Shown: positions 12,701 to 49,206 of the stretch, piece after piece
Layout of the letters: each line of letters starts with the position of its first letter
How positions within the stretch are numbered: the first letter of the stretch is position 1
From: Laetmonice hystrix
Taxonomy: Eukaryota
Direction of reading: 5' to 3'
NCBI GenBank assembly: GCA_965235115.1
Contig: OZ249436.1
Location: 8,682,001 to 8,742,000, forward strand
Length of the DNA: 60,000 nt
Translations under genes and position numbers: made by a program
The notes under the pieces: model-generated
What the model saw: only the letters and a program-made list of their open reading frames with translations
Told to the model about the DNA's origin: nothing
Databases searched by the model: none

Positions 12701-15700
12701 GAGCTTGGATCCTTCTCTGAATATCACACATAAATGTATCATGTATATGGTAATGTAGGCTTGGATCCTTCTCTGAATATCACACATAAAGGTATCATAT
12801 ATATGGTAATGTAGGCTTGGATCCTTCTCTGAATATCACACATAAATGTATCATGTATGGTAATGTGGGCTTAGATCCTTCTCTGAATATCACACATAAA
12901 TGTATCATGTATATGGGTCAAAACACAATACTGGTCATTTTAAGCAGACCCTTATTTTGAGTGCAAATAATATCTTAACATCATTAAAAAATCAGAAGGT
13001 GGGGCCCAATTTATTATGTCACAAGCCCCAGGAGATATTTCAAGTAGTTTTTGATAGCAATTTTAGTAACCAACGGTAAAATAACCGCATGTCCATTTCC
13101 AAGACTATTGTTTTTTTACGTTAATTGGCGTCACACAGAAAAATAGAGACGTTTTCAAACCCGCCATGAAACTTTGATAGTGGCTCAAATATCTTCACTC
13201 CTGAATGAAAATGTACCTTAATAATGATATATCATGGTGTATTAGCGATGTTTTGATACCTGGAATGGTGATCAAAAGAGAGACACAAGGCCAACATAGT
13301 GTCCGTTGGTAACGATTTTGTCCATCAATGTTACTAGCAGACACTGTACCATAAAGGGGACCTGAACATGTCGTGAGCAATGTTGTGAAATGCGTTACCA
13401 GCTACCTCCCCTCTGTAAACAGATGTTGCATAGACTTCATTTTCATTTCCTGCGGGGAAGGGGAGGGGAGGAGAGTTCAGTCGCCAGTCACCAGCAGGTA
13501 ACTTGGACACAGTGACAGCTGAGGTTTGTGGCTACGTTCCTGTTTCTTTGGAGGGTTATAGCCATGCTAATGATTAGCAATAACGAGAATTTCCCATCAA
13601 CAAAATAGTTTTATAATTAATTGTGGAGCTGGTTGAGTTTAGCCGAGTTGTAGTATAGCTATACTATAGGTGGCCGGGTGTAACGTGGACAATGTCCATG
13701 TTACCTGCTGCTAATGCAGCAAAACATTCCTGATTAACACTAAGCAAACAGAAATTTCCTTCCCTCAAAAATAACTACTGAACCAGCAGTTGTGCAGCAT
13801 CAGCTATATTTTGGATTTCTTTTCGATCTGCATGTTCACTATTCAGTCATAAGAAGAGAAATGTCCATGTTACCTGCACGCCAAAATCCCGTTGCTATTT
13901 CCGTCTGTTTCTTCCAATAACAAGCAAAGCCTTTATAAATTTCAAGAATTAGCATAACGCAATTCAGTAAGAAACCCATAGATTTCCACCCTGAAAGTAT
14001 GACTTGATTGTGAGCATTATAAATTGTCCTCATTACCAACAGGCCCATAGGAATTATCCTGTTTCACTACTTTATAACATGGAATTTTATCTTTTTGTCC
14101 AGTCTCTGTATAACAGAACTGCATTTTGATTATTTTGACATGAACTTGGGTTAGATTGATGGGTGATGAAAATTCCATAGTCATGTAACACATTTTGGAG
14201 CAGTATTGTGTTTTGACCCATATGGTAATGTAGGCTTGGATCCTTCTCTGAATATCACACATACAAATGTATCATGTATGGTAATGTAGGCTTGGATCCT
14301 TCTCTGAATATCACACATAAATGAATCATGTCATTGGACCATTGGTGTTTAGGATGCATTTTGTTTTGAAAAGAAGGAACATTCTGGTATAATGGGATTT
14401 ATATGTGTCGTTTTTCCTCCTCCATGAATGACTAAAAGTCGGTGCTGTGGTGGATGGTTCTCTCCCAGCCGGCTAAATCAAGCAGATGGCAAGTCCTATT
14501 GTTCGATTTGGGACCCCTCTTAGTTCTAATCTTTTGATATTCTGTCTCACAGGGTGTATGCAGGCATCCCAAGGATGAGTCGGGAGAGTATCTATTCCGC
14601 AGGATTGATATCCGAGTCATCCCCCACGACCAGTTCTACTGTGCCATCCTCTACTTTACAGGCAGTGATATGTTTAACAAGAACATGCGAGCGCATGCCC
14701 TGGAACAAGGGTTCACTTTGAATGAGTACACTCTGAGACCAATGGGAAGTACAGGTTAGTTCTGACAACCTTTACCATATCACTTGACAACAAGGGCTCA
14801 CTCTGAATGAGTACACTCTGAGACCAATGGGAAGTACAGGTTAGTTCTGACAACCTTTACCATAACACTTGAAAACAAGGGTTCACTCTGAATGAGTACA
14901 CTATGAGACCAATGGGAAGTACAGGTTAGTTCTGACAACCTTTACCATAACACTTGACAACAAGGGTACACTCTGAATGAGTACACTATGAGACCAATGG
15001 GAAGTACAGGTTAGTTCTGACAACCTTTACCATAACACTTGACAACAAGGGTTCACTCTGAATGAGTACACTCTGAGACCAATGGGAAGTACAGGTTAGT
15101 TCTGACAACCTTTACCATAACACTTGACAACAAGGGTACACTCTGAATGAGTACACTATGACTGTATGAGACCAATGGGAAGTACAGGTTAGTTCTGACA
15201 ACCTTTACCATAACACTTGACAACAAGGGTACACTCTGAATGAGTACACTATGAGACCAATGGGAAGTACAGGTTAGTTCTGACAGCCTTTACCATATCA
15301 CTTGACAACAAGGGTACACTCTGATTGAGTACACTCTGAGGTTAGTTCTGACAACCTTTACCATAACACTTGACAACAAGGGTTCACTCTGATTGAGTAC
15401 ACTCTGAGACCAATGGGAAGTACAGGTTAGTTCTGACAACCTATACCGTAACACTTGACAAAAAGGGCTCTTCTTAATTAATAACCACATTTTTGTCAAC
15501 AGGTGCTAACAATTTTCTTTCACACCCTCAGCTTTTTCAAAAGTCTGTCACTGTCTGCAATATATCAATATGGGCTGTACATAGTTATTAAAAACTATTA
15601 ATGTAGATGTTAACTGTTTTAATATATAATGATTTAGAGTAATTATATTACTTGTCCCTGCTTTTTTGCACAGGTATAGCTGGTGAGGCATTGCCAGTAG

Positions 15701-15768
15701 GATCAGAAGAAGACATATTTGACTACATCGACTACAAATTCAAAAAGCCATCCGAGAGAAACATGTGA
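9674..15768 (+). CDS. POLB: DNA polymerase beta (X family), complete 12-exon gene, 335 aa
   Basis: join(9674..9737,9843..9967,10496..10570,10795..10853,11135..11184,11315..11366,11612..11666,11813..11885,12195..12265,12495..12581,14553..14754,15674..15768) = 1008 nt, all GT-AG and phase-consistent. Translation MSKRKGP...[10 protein letters not shown]...[15 protein letters not shown]...CGSFRRG..DIDIL..THP...RRIDIR...[26 protein letters not shown]...ERNM* is colinear with vertebrate Pol beta. Confidence 0.97.
9843..9967 (+). CDS. POLB: POLB exon 2 (8-kDa lyase domain)
   Basis: [28 protein letters not shown]...EAKKL, tttcag/GTATGG. Confidence 0.95.
10496..10570 (+). CDS. POLB: POLB exon 3 (HhH, lyase Lys)
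   Basis: [25 protein letters not shown], tttcag/GTGAGT. Confidence 0.95.
10795..10853 (+). CDS. POLB: POLB exon 4
   Basis: [20 protein letters not shown], donor GTAAGT. Confidence 0.93.
11135..11184 (+). CDS. POLB: POLB exon 5
   Basis: [16 protein letters not shown], ttccag/GTATGT. Confidence 0.93.
11315..11366 (+). CDS. POLB: POLB exon 6
   Basis: [18 protein letters not shown], tttcag/GTAAGT. Confidence 0.93.
11612..11666 (+). CDS. POLB: POLB exon 7
   Basis: [18 protein letters not shown], tacag/GTGAGA. Confidence 0.95.
11813..11885 (+). CDS. POLB: POLB exon 8
   Basis: [24 protein letters not shown], ttccag/GTATTT. Confidence 0.95.
12195..12265 (+). CDS. POLB: POLB exon 9 (catalytic DxD)
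   Basis: [24 protein letters not shown], donor GTGAGA. Confidence 0.93.
12495..12581 (+). CDS. POLB: POLB exon 10
   Basis: [29 protein letters not shown] (87 nt), donor GTAATG. Confidence 0.93.
12578..14330. repeat. 56-bp minisatellite starting at POLB exon 10 donor, interrupted by a transposon
   Basis: tatggtaatgtaggcttggatccttctctgaatatcacacataaatgtatc: 6 copies at 12578-12914, 2 more at 14220-14330. Confidence 0.93.
12915..14219. mobile_element. Non-autonomous TIR DNA transposon (Sola2-like termini)
   Basis: 19-bp TIR gggtcaaaacacaatactg / cagtattgtgttttgaccc, atat on both flanks; inserted into a repeat unit whose empty form is visible in neighbouring units. Confidence 0.85.
14553..14754 (+). 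CDS. POLB: POLB exon 11 (third catalytic Asp, YFTGS)
   Basis: [67 protein letters not shown]. Confidence 0.96.
14705..15470. repeat. 85-bp tandem repeat of POLB exon 11 3' end plus donor, ~9 copies
   Basis: caagggttcactctgaatgagtacactctgagaccaatgggaagtacag|gttagttctgacaacctttaccataacacttgacaa. Confidence 0.95.
15674..15768 (+). CDS. POLB: POLB exon 12 (terminal)
   Basis: [31 protein letters not shown]. Confidence 0.95.
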
Positions 15769-17299
15769 AGTACTATAGATATCGACTGTGTTCCTGAAAT
15801 CTTGAGTTTTTTTGGTCAAGGTTTCCAAGCCTTGACACAAATTCAAAGCTCTGTTGCTTGTTAATGTAACAGTAATATTTGATGATTATTCAATTAATTT
15901 ATTGGGGTGCAATTCAGTAGAATGGTAAAAAGTTTGTTTTGAAAAATATAGATGTATTTGTTAAGTCTTTGTTATATAAGTGTACTCTGTTAATGTACTG
16001 GTACTTTTTTATATTTATGAAAGAATATTAAATGTGTTTCCATCAATGAAATTGAAAGGCCTTTTTGAGTCCCATTTTAACCAATTTATACCACACTATT
16101 TTGGCTGTTCTAGTAAGTTCCAGAATCCTTAAGAATCATGAAGTTATAATGCATTCATATGTGATAAGTAAAGTAGATTCCACATAAAGTATTTCGATTT
16201 AAGGGCATTTTACCTAGATGTGTCAAACTAAAGTTGAAACATTAACGTTCATCTCAAGTAAGCCAGGATTTACCCATTTACACCAGGGAGATTTGACATG
16301 GAGTTTTGGGCTCAACACAAATGTCCTGGGAAAATCGCGAGTGCACAAGTCGTACTATACATGTACGTCCTTTCAGGCATTGCATCAGGAAACAACGTAG
16401 TACTAGAGTACATGTATATGAATGTTGGCAGTTACCGTTAAAAATTTGATTGTCAGTCATGTAAAGCATTGAATGGTTGGCTGGTAGGTACCTACTAGGC
16501 TACTAGCGGGTATAGAGATACCAGAGCTGATATCGGCGTATTCGAGCTCAGCACGTTTATTGTTACTGAATAATAGGAACTCAGGAATTTCTAAGTGTTT
16601 ACTCTGGGCTTAAACAGTCGGGATGTGAAATCTAGAACATGAAACCAATCGTACTAGTGATTTCTTTTTTTTTACAAAAACCATATTATGGTTGTGGCCT
16701 GTATCTTCTATCAAAGTTATTGTTTCAGTAACTGTGGTATTTAGGTGGAGAAGTAGAATTTATTAATTTTCTATTTACATGTATTAAATAGTTATGAGTG
16801 CGTGCATGTCATCAGTGTTGTATCAGTACAGTTTGTTAAAATGAATGAGGTGGCTAGGTTCATTAACAGAGAACCAGGAAGATGAACTTTTGGCGTTAGA
16901 AAAGAGACAGGAGAAGTAAAGTATTGATTCTACCAAATTTCTGACGTTTTTAAGGAGTTGATGCATAGAATGAGCTAGTATAATACTAGTTCTTTAAAGT
17001 GTGAGTAAAGGTTTTTAAAATGTCATGTATGCAAATTGGTAGCAGGCATCAAGACGTTGCCCAATAGATGATGATAATGCAGAGTTTGTGATCCTGTAAG
17101 GCTGCATAATTAGTATCACCTATGATATAGGCTTATGTCTGGTGTTTGTGTAGGGTTTGTTAGGTTATACCTGTATGTATGATAATAAAGGTGATTTATT
17201 TATACTCGTATTTATACATTTAACTCTTGGCGTCTCTGTATAATATCATGCCTGTTAAATTAGTTGTTACCGATCTTGTTTTATGCAGAACGTTAACAT

Positions 17300-18117
17300 T
17301 TCCGTTTCCATTATCCATTTCCGTTCCATTTTGAGGAATGGTACACTGGACTCGCTTTCCGTTTCGCCTCAAACAGTAGTACGTGATTTCCCATTAGCAT
17401 ACCGTTTCCAGCATATGTTTAACGTAGGCGCATAAAATGGCATTATATATGTTTTGATTTTTTTTTATCCAAATTTAAATAAAACATCAAGGTGAATTTT
17501 TACCGTACAACTACAAGGTGTAGGCTACGTGTCCGATTCCGTTTTCCGTTTCCGATTCGATCGTTTATGCCTATTTCCTATGGGAGTGTTTCCATGTGTA
17601 CGTTTCGTAGTTCGATTCAGTTTTCCGTTTCCTTTTTCCGTTTATCGATCGCTTCTGGGAGCGATCAAAACAGAAAACAGACGGCAAAGCAAAATGTAGT
17701 ACCACTGACGTCCGCTAGGTGGAAAGGGAATATATTTGATGCGAGACGCCCTGTGATGTGAATTTTATTACGAACTGACCTCATGAACGTGGTCAGGAGG
17801 TGGGGGCATGACTGGAACACCTAGAGGCCTACACCAAACCGGCCAATAATTAGACCATCAGAAAGTAAATATTCTCACTATCCTTGTGAGGGACCAACAA
17901 CCTCGGTAAAGGTGTACCTTTATGTTTTATTTAAATTTGGATACTATGCAAAACATAAAATGCCATAATGTGCCCTCGCTTAAACATTATGCTGGAAACA
18001 GTATGCTAATGGGAAATTACTACTATTTGAGGCGAAACGGACACGGACTGGAAACGAGTCCAGTGGACGATTCCTCAAAATGGAAACGGATAACGGAAAC
18101 GTACACATAGAAACGCC
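17300..18117. mobile_element. Degenerate MITE / inverted-repeat element(s) between the convergent 3' ends
   Basis: ccattttgaggaat..actggactcg..ccgtttcgcctcaaa.agtagt (17325-17380) is inverted at 18019-18085; boundaries uncertain. Confidence 0.55.
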
Positions 18118-18556
18118 GCTTTATTAGCACCTGATAACAATTTTGTTAATTGTAGACTCTTTTCGGATCAGGATTATGGAAGATTATTTATCATTTCAGT
18201 AAGAATTTTTCGACATCTAAAATATAATATTCAGATTTAGAAGGACGGAATACAACGCAGACTAAAACATTAAGGAAAACACACTCCTCCACATTGGCAT
18301 TTATTTTCATAATGTCTCTCAGATGAAGTTTATACACTGGCACGTAATGATGTGATAACGCCGTCTTGCTGCATTCATTGATAGGTTTTCGTTAGGAGAA
18401 TAATAAACATAAGATGTATAACATGTATCGTGCTAAACATGGTGAATAGGGTCACGTGGCCATTGATCATAAGTCCTTTCATGTGTTGGACTCGATGATT
18501 GTACCAACGAGTTGACTGTACAATATAACGCGACGTGGGTGGCAGCAGTGGCTCCC

Positions 18557-42455
<23,899 letters not shown>

Positions 42456-44171
42456 TGTGCCAGTTTCGTTCGGTTAAGCGCAAAGGTCAAAGCGAATGGC
42501 GTGTGTCATTGGAATCGACACGTTGCGCATTTGCCGCCAGCCCAGTGAAATGTTTGTTTCCGTTGTCCTATCTAAGAAAATACTCCATGGCGACCGAGGT
42601 CGTAAACAGAAAACAGTGGACCTGTCTCCTAATCGATGAGATCCACTCAAATGTGTCTAACAAAATACGACATTCGATGGTTCTCTATAGGAAACAACAA
42701 ATGACGCGTAGAGATAACACCAGGTACCTGGTCGTCATAATGGTGAACATCATGTTATATCCAATCCTGTTATGACCAGGAGACACCAGGGCTATCCGTG
42801 AAAGAGAAAACGTAAGGTGCCGCAATATCTGTGTACTCCATGCACTGCGTCACAAAGGTGTTGATTACACTGTGAGAGCGTCTGAAGACGTGCTCACCGC
42901 CCCCGTTATCATTAGAATTCAATATTCATATCTATAAAAAATCTCTTGGTAGTGTATTGGCCAATGACGTTCACTGTAGGACATCTCTGCGGGCCGGACC
43001 GGCCGGACGACAGTGGTCTGGCAGCAGCATTCTGAAAATTAAAAACCACAGCAATGTTTGAATGGAGGACTAGCCATGCGTGTAAGATTATGCTAATTAG
43101 CTCTACATATTTAAGTACATTTTATCTACCTACGCATGCATGAACATTATGTGGGGGTGACCGGGTGTGTCGGCGTTATAATACCGTTACGTCCGCGATT
43201 CAGATAGGCCTATTTTGTCCTTATATTTGCTGCGGAGACATTTTATCAATAACATTAACGATGAAGTTATACGCTATATACTGTATAGTATAGAATTCAA
43301 TAAATTACGCTACCGACCGAATCTGCAGACAGGAGCATACAATATTAAGTTGGCCTCCCACCCCCTGCCACACTACTCCGCCCGACACGCCTGACTGGGT
43401 ACCTTGAGCCGCTACTTTACATTCCATTATTGAGTCTCGCCGGAATGCATTACATTTGGCACCATCCAACCACGCGAATGCAAATACGAACCTGTTAGAG
43501 TTCAAGGCCCGAGGACTGCCGTTCTGGTGCATATCGTACCTTACGAACCTAGGCTCAGGTGTTCTATGGCAAAACGCTCCTCATGTGGAACCAAGGACGT
43601 TTGATGTGAACGCTTCTATGGTTTGGTATAATGAAACGAGGGACCGCATCAACTCTCACCTGAATCAGCGAATTTCTAGTTGTCCCTGAAGCACATCTAG
43701 GAGCGTATTGCTCCAGGCTGTTGAAGTTCCTCTGTTGGAGTGATCGTATCTGGACGTCAGACCTGTTGTCGGTACAAGCTGGGTGGGGTGATTGGACGGT
43801 GGTGTTGTATGCATCACCCATACTGGACGGTCGATCGATGTGAACAGTAAGCCGATCACGAACCAGAACGGTCCGGCCGCAGCCTGCATGCACCGGTTAC
43901 CCCCCCCCCCCCACCCCCCTCCACCCCCCGGCCAACCCCCAGCCCCGGCCACCATCCCAGCCGCATCATCAATAATTCCTACCCAGCCGTGGCAGGTTCA
44001 GCCAACTATCTATTAACCGTACCTGGCCAGTCTGTGACTCAAACAAACAAGTGGATCGAAATCTTCAGGCGGTGCATCTACCTCATTAGTAGGCACAAAC
44101 CTGCACATACACGTGTGTAGGGCCTACGTGTGGGTGCACGAGTCTGTAACCTAGAATACGTGCGCTTCTCA

Positions 44172-45271
44172 GTCTGCGGATGACAGGCCAAGAGGGTTTA
44201 TCAACCCTTTCACTGTTAAGTCTGCGGGTGACAGGCCAAGAGGGTTTATCAACACTTTGACTGTAAGTCTCCGGGTGACTGGCCAAGAGGGTTTATCAAC
44301 CAAGAGGGTTTATCAACCCTTTAACTGTAAGGCTCCGGGTGACAGGCCAAGAGGGTTTATCAACCCTTTAACTGTAAGTCTGCGGGTGACAGGCCAAGAG
44401 AGTTTATCAACCCTTTAACTGTAAGTCTGCGGGTGACAGGCCAAGAGGGTTTATCAACCCGTTAACTGTAAGTCTCCGGGTGACAGGCCAAGAGGGTTTA
44501 TCAACGCGTTAACTGTAAGTCTCCGGGTGACAGGCCAAGAGGGTTTATCAACCCTTTAACTGTAAGTCTGCGGGTGACAGGCCAAGAGAGTTTATCAACA
44601 CTTTAACTGTCTGCGGGTGACAGGCCAAGAGGGTTTATCAACCTTTTAACTGTAAGGCTGTGGGTGACAGGCCAAGAGGGTTTATCAACCCTTTAACTGT
44701 AAGTCTGCGGGTGACAGGCCAAGAGAGTTTATCAACACTTTAACTGTCTGCGGGTGACAGGCCAAGAGGGTTTATCAACCTTTTAACTGTAAGGCTGTGG
44801 GTGACAGGCCAAGAGGGTTTATCAACCCTTTAACTGTAAGTCTGCGGGTGACAGGCCAAGAGGGTTTATCAACCCTTTAACTGTAAGTCTGTGGGTGACA
44901 GGCCAAGAGGGTTTATCAACCTTTTAACTGTAAGGCTGTGGGTGACAGGCCAAGAGGGTTTATCAACCCTTTAACTGTAAGTCTGCGGGTGACAGGCCAA
45001 GAGGGTTTATCAACCCTTTAACTGTAAGTCTGTGGGTGACAGGCCAAGAGGGTTTATCAACCCGTTAACTGTAAGGCTGTGGGTGACAGGCCAAGAGGGT
45101 TTATCAACCCGTTAACTGTAAGTCTGCGGGTGACAGGCCAAGAGGGTTTATCAACCCGTTAACTGTAAGTCTCCGGGTGACAGGCCAAGAGGGTTTATCA
45201 ACCCGTTAACTGTAAGTCTCCGGGTGACAGGCCAGGAACTGTAAGTCTGCGGGTGACAGGCCAAGAGGGTT
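44172..45271. repeat. 47-bp minisatellite, ~23 copies
   Basis: gtgacaggccaagagggtttatcaaccctttaactgtaagtctgcgg. Confidence 0.95.
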
Positions 45272-45726
45272 ATGTATGACTTGGTGTAAGCATCCGTCTA
45301 CTTTCTATATACTACTCACGACGGATTGACTTTATGATGCCTCCTGCAAATAATGCTAGCGCAGCCAAAATCAAATAATGGATGGATGAAAATAGGCACC
45401 CCGTTTCTTGTGTGTACAGTGCTATATGCAACAATGTAGACTATTATGCTATGTCGAAAACTTGAGGGTTGAAGGTATTTATACGGACCGGGACACTTAT
45501 ACTGAAATACGCTCGGCTCCTCTAATCAACTCGCTCCAGACCCCCCCCCCTCCCCCCAACACCCCCTATGGTTTCATGTTTCAATCATTTAAATATTTCT
45601 TTTCAAATTATTTTCTGGCCTTCAAGATGAGACCATGAGGGTCGCTTTCCGTGGTAATTATTTCTTCACCTGCAGGCCGCTGATCTACTATTCAGTTCCC
45701 TTACGTTTAGGGAGACGTCCAAAGAT

Positions 45727-45899
45727 CAGGGCCATGCGCAGGACTTTTGAGAGGAGGTTTGGGGAGGCATGCTAGGGGGTCGGGGGGCTAGTCGTGTACC
45801 TTAATGCAAGCCCTATACTTGATTTTTTTGGATGGGGGTGGGGTGGGGGGTTACAGACACCCCGGAACTCCCCCCCCCCCCTCCCTGCGCACGGCTCTG
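45727..45899. mobile_element. MITE, CAG termini
   Basis: cagggccatgcgcagg...cctgcgcacggctctg flanked by aaagat/aaagat. Confidence 0.8.
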
Positions 45900-48189
45900 A
45901 AAGATTATATGCCACGCTCAGGGATACTGGTAAGAATTGGTCGTATCTCCCAACGGTATATGATAATTTATGCGTTACGAGTGGGGGAGGGTAAAAGTAG
46001 TTTGTTTCAGCATTGAATAATTATTGAACATCACTTATCGGCTTACTACCCTTCACGGATTAGGTAAAACCTTACCTACGTAGGCGACAACAGTAGCTCT
46101 TCCCAACTGATCGTTATTTTTAAACTTTACTTCATACTATTTAATTTGTAGTAACATCTATTGGTTGCATCTATTTGAACGAATAGTGTTTGCCGTCTGC
46201 CATTCCCTCAAAGCAGCGTCGAGGACCGAGATCTACCTGTGGGTGAACGAATGGTTCGATAAATTTACACCAGGTGGCGCCACGATGGACAGTTCTTTCT
46301 TGTAGAGGGCAAGTGTGCCAGAAAAGGGTAAAAGTTTATGCCTGCAGGCCGACCAGTAGTTTTGATATTCAAAGGGGCATGACCCTAATCATTCGTGAAT
46401 GGTCTATCTTTAAATAGGTTTTCGGGACAGAAAAAGCATATTCGATCACCTCAATGAAAAGGGGACAATGAGTTTGAAATATAGACCTCGACCTAGGCCT
46501 ATATATAGACTCTACATCGGTCATAGCCGGGGTAGGCCTATCTGTACACTCACAGTGTACAAAACTTTCAAAAGTATTGCAACATGCACTCTGTAACTGC
46601 TCGGTAAAACTAGAGGCGCACATTCAACCGTGTCCTGTCACTTTTACAGTAAATAGATGTCGAGGTTTGTTGTATAAAAGTCAGTCATGGACGCCTAGTC
46701 AGAGCACAGAAGGACGTTCGCCGTGGCGATGCGGAGTATCTCATGCGATAATCGCATGAGACCATCGCCTGACCATCGGCGGAGCATGTTTGGTGTGCAT
46801 GGCACTTTAATGGTATTTCAAACTGAATGTTGGCGTCTCTACACTCTGCTTCAAAACCGTGGTTTACAGACACACGTTACAGCTACATGTATTTTTTGTA
46901 GCCTACTAGTATTATGCTAGGCATAATCTGCTATGCACAAATGTCTGTCGGCCCCCTAGAGTTATGAAGCCCTGATCGGTCGAGTACGCTTCATTAAAGG
47001 GAGGTCCGGTGTATCTTCACATGGCCGTTACATGATATTTAACAAGAATTAAAGTCTCCCAAAGTCCGAAGTCCGAAGAAAAATGATTTATTTATAATGT
47101 TCATGAAGCATATCTCAGCCTATTCAAACCTTGGATGAATTATTACATTTAGTCCAACCGTGTCAAACGCAAGAGTCACGAGTAAATGAGATGAATCAGC
47201 CACACAGGAAGCAACTAAACAACCTATGTGCCGGAATTTCAACAAATGAACTTCGTGAATGAAGAATGAAAGGGTCATTCTGTGCCAGGTCATTCTGTTA
47301 TCATTATCTTCACAATTGTTGTGTGCAATACTACGATTTATTGGGACAGTGTTGTATCAGTGGCCATTGTCAAGTCCTAATCTATACGAGTCGACTGATT
47401 TATACAATAATTATCTCTGAAGCTTGACATTTGTGTGTCGTCTTTATTTCTATATGGATATGAATGATTTTTATATAGATAACAATACAACAGTAAGGTC
47501 ATATAGTAACATACTGGCTAGGTCATAATACATTGCCATCCGAACTAGAAATAAGGACACATTAGAACTGATGAAAACCTACAGTTTTCGGCAGTGCTCA
47601 GCCTATGGCCTCAGGGTCTGTCTTGTGAGGAACACGGAGGAGACTTTGCCACGAAGGACCGGAGACACTATTTGAAACAATTAGAATTTTATTTTATATT
47701 AATATATTTGATAAATATGATTATGCTCATAGCTCTCGCATTTCTTGCATACAAATGGGAAAAGAAAGTTTACAACACTAACAACAAAATTATAGTAGAC
47801 ATATCAATTTTGATCATTCGTTCAATTGTACACCTTCCAGTCTAAGTTCTGTTATGGATTAATTATTGTTTGGTCATTTAGTCAATATTATTGCTTGGAA
47901 CAATGCGCTGCTGTATACATAAACCTGCCCCCCCCCCCCCCCTCATGACCACAACCAATTTGGAAAGCACGGGGCTTTCGAATGGAGTCTTCTCTATGAC
48001 TTTATATTACCTGGTAAAATACATTCAAAGAAGCTAGCTAGCTTTGACCTTTGGAACGCACCAGCCTGTTATCGATTGACGAAGATATTTTTTGGTCAAA
48101 CACCTACACCCAAGGAGCCTTAAGGTGGCCACAGGTCGAACTTACGACGTGAGAGAACAGTCAGAGACTGGCTGTTCACGCTGCGTCTC

Positions 48190-49096
48190 AGTCACGATCG
48201 TGTGGAACAACGAGTAGTCACGATCGTGTGGAACAACGAGTAGTCACGATCGTGTGGAACAACGAGTAGTCACGATCGTGTGGAACAACGAGTAGTCACG
48301 ATCGTGTGGAACAACGAGTAGTCACGATCGTGTGGAACAACGAGTAGTCACGATCGTGTGGAACAACGAGTGCACAGTCACGATCGTGTGGAACAACGAG
48401 TGCACAGTCACGATCGAGTGGAACAACGAGTGCACAGTCACGATCGTGTGGAACAATGAGTGCACAGTCACGATCGTGTGGAACAACGAGTGCACAGTCA
48501 CGATCGTGTGGAACAACGAGTGCACAGTCACGATCGTGTGGAACAACGAGTGCACAGTCACGATCGTGTGGAACAACGAGTGCACAGTCACGATCGTGTG
48601 GAACAACGAGTGCACAGTCACGATCGTGTGGAACAACGAGTGCACAGTCACGATCGTGTGGAACAACGAGTGCACAGTCACGATCGTGTGGAACAACGAG
48701 TGCACAGTCACGATCGTGTGGAACAACGAGTGCACAGTCACGATCGTGTGGAACAACGTGTGCACAGTCACGATCGTGTGGAACAACGAGTGCACAGTCA
48801 CGATCGTGTGGAACAACGAGTGCACAGTCACGATCGTGTGGAACAACGAGTGCACAGTCACGATCGTGTGGAACAACGAGTGCACAGTCACGATCGTGTG
48901 GAACAATGAGTGCACAGTCACGATCGTGTGGAACAACGCGTGCACAGTCACGATCGTGTGGAACAACGCGTGCACAGTCACGATCGTGTGGAACAACGAG
49001 TGCACAGTCACGATCGTGTGGAACAACGAGTGCACAGTCACGATCGTGTGGAACAACGAGTGCACAGTCACGATCGTGTGGAACAACGAGTGCACA
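48190..49096. repeat. Minisatellite: 26-bp unit x6 then 30-bp unit x25
   Basis: agtcacgatcgtgtggaacaacgagt(gcac). Confidence 0.96.
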
Positions 49097-49206
49097 CGTT
49101 CCCAGTTTGCAGAACTGAGTGTAATCGTTCTGCCTCACGCCGACGATTTCGTCGTGACGCAAGCAATTGTAGGTGCGACGTATCGCTAATACATGTATAC
49201 GTGTAT

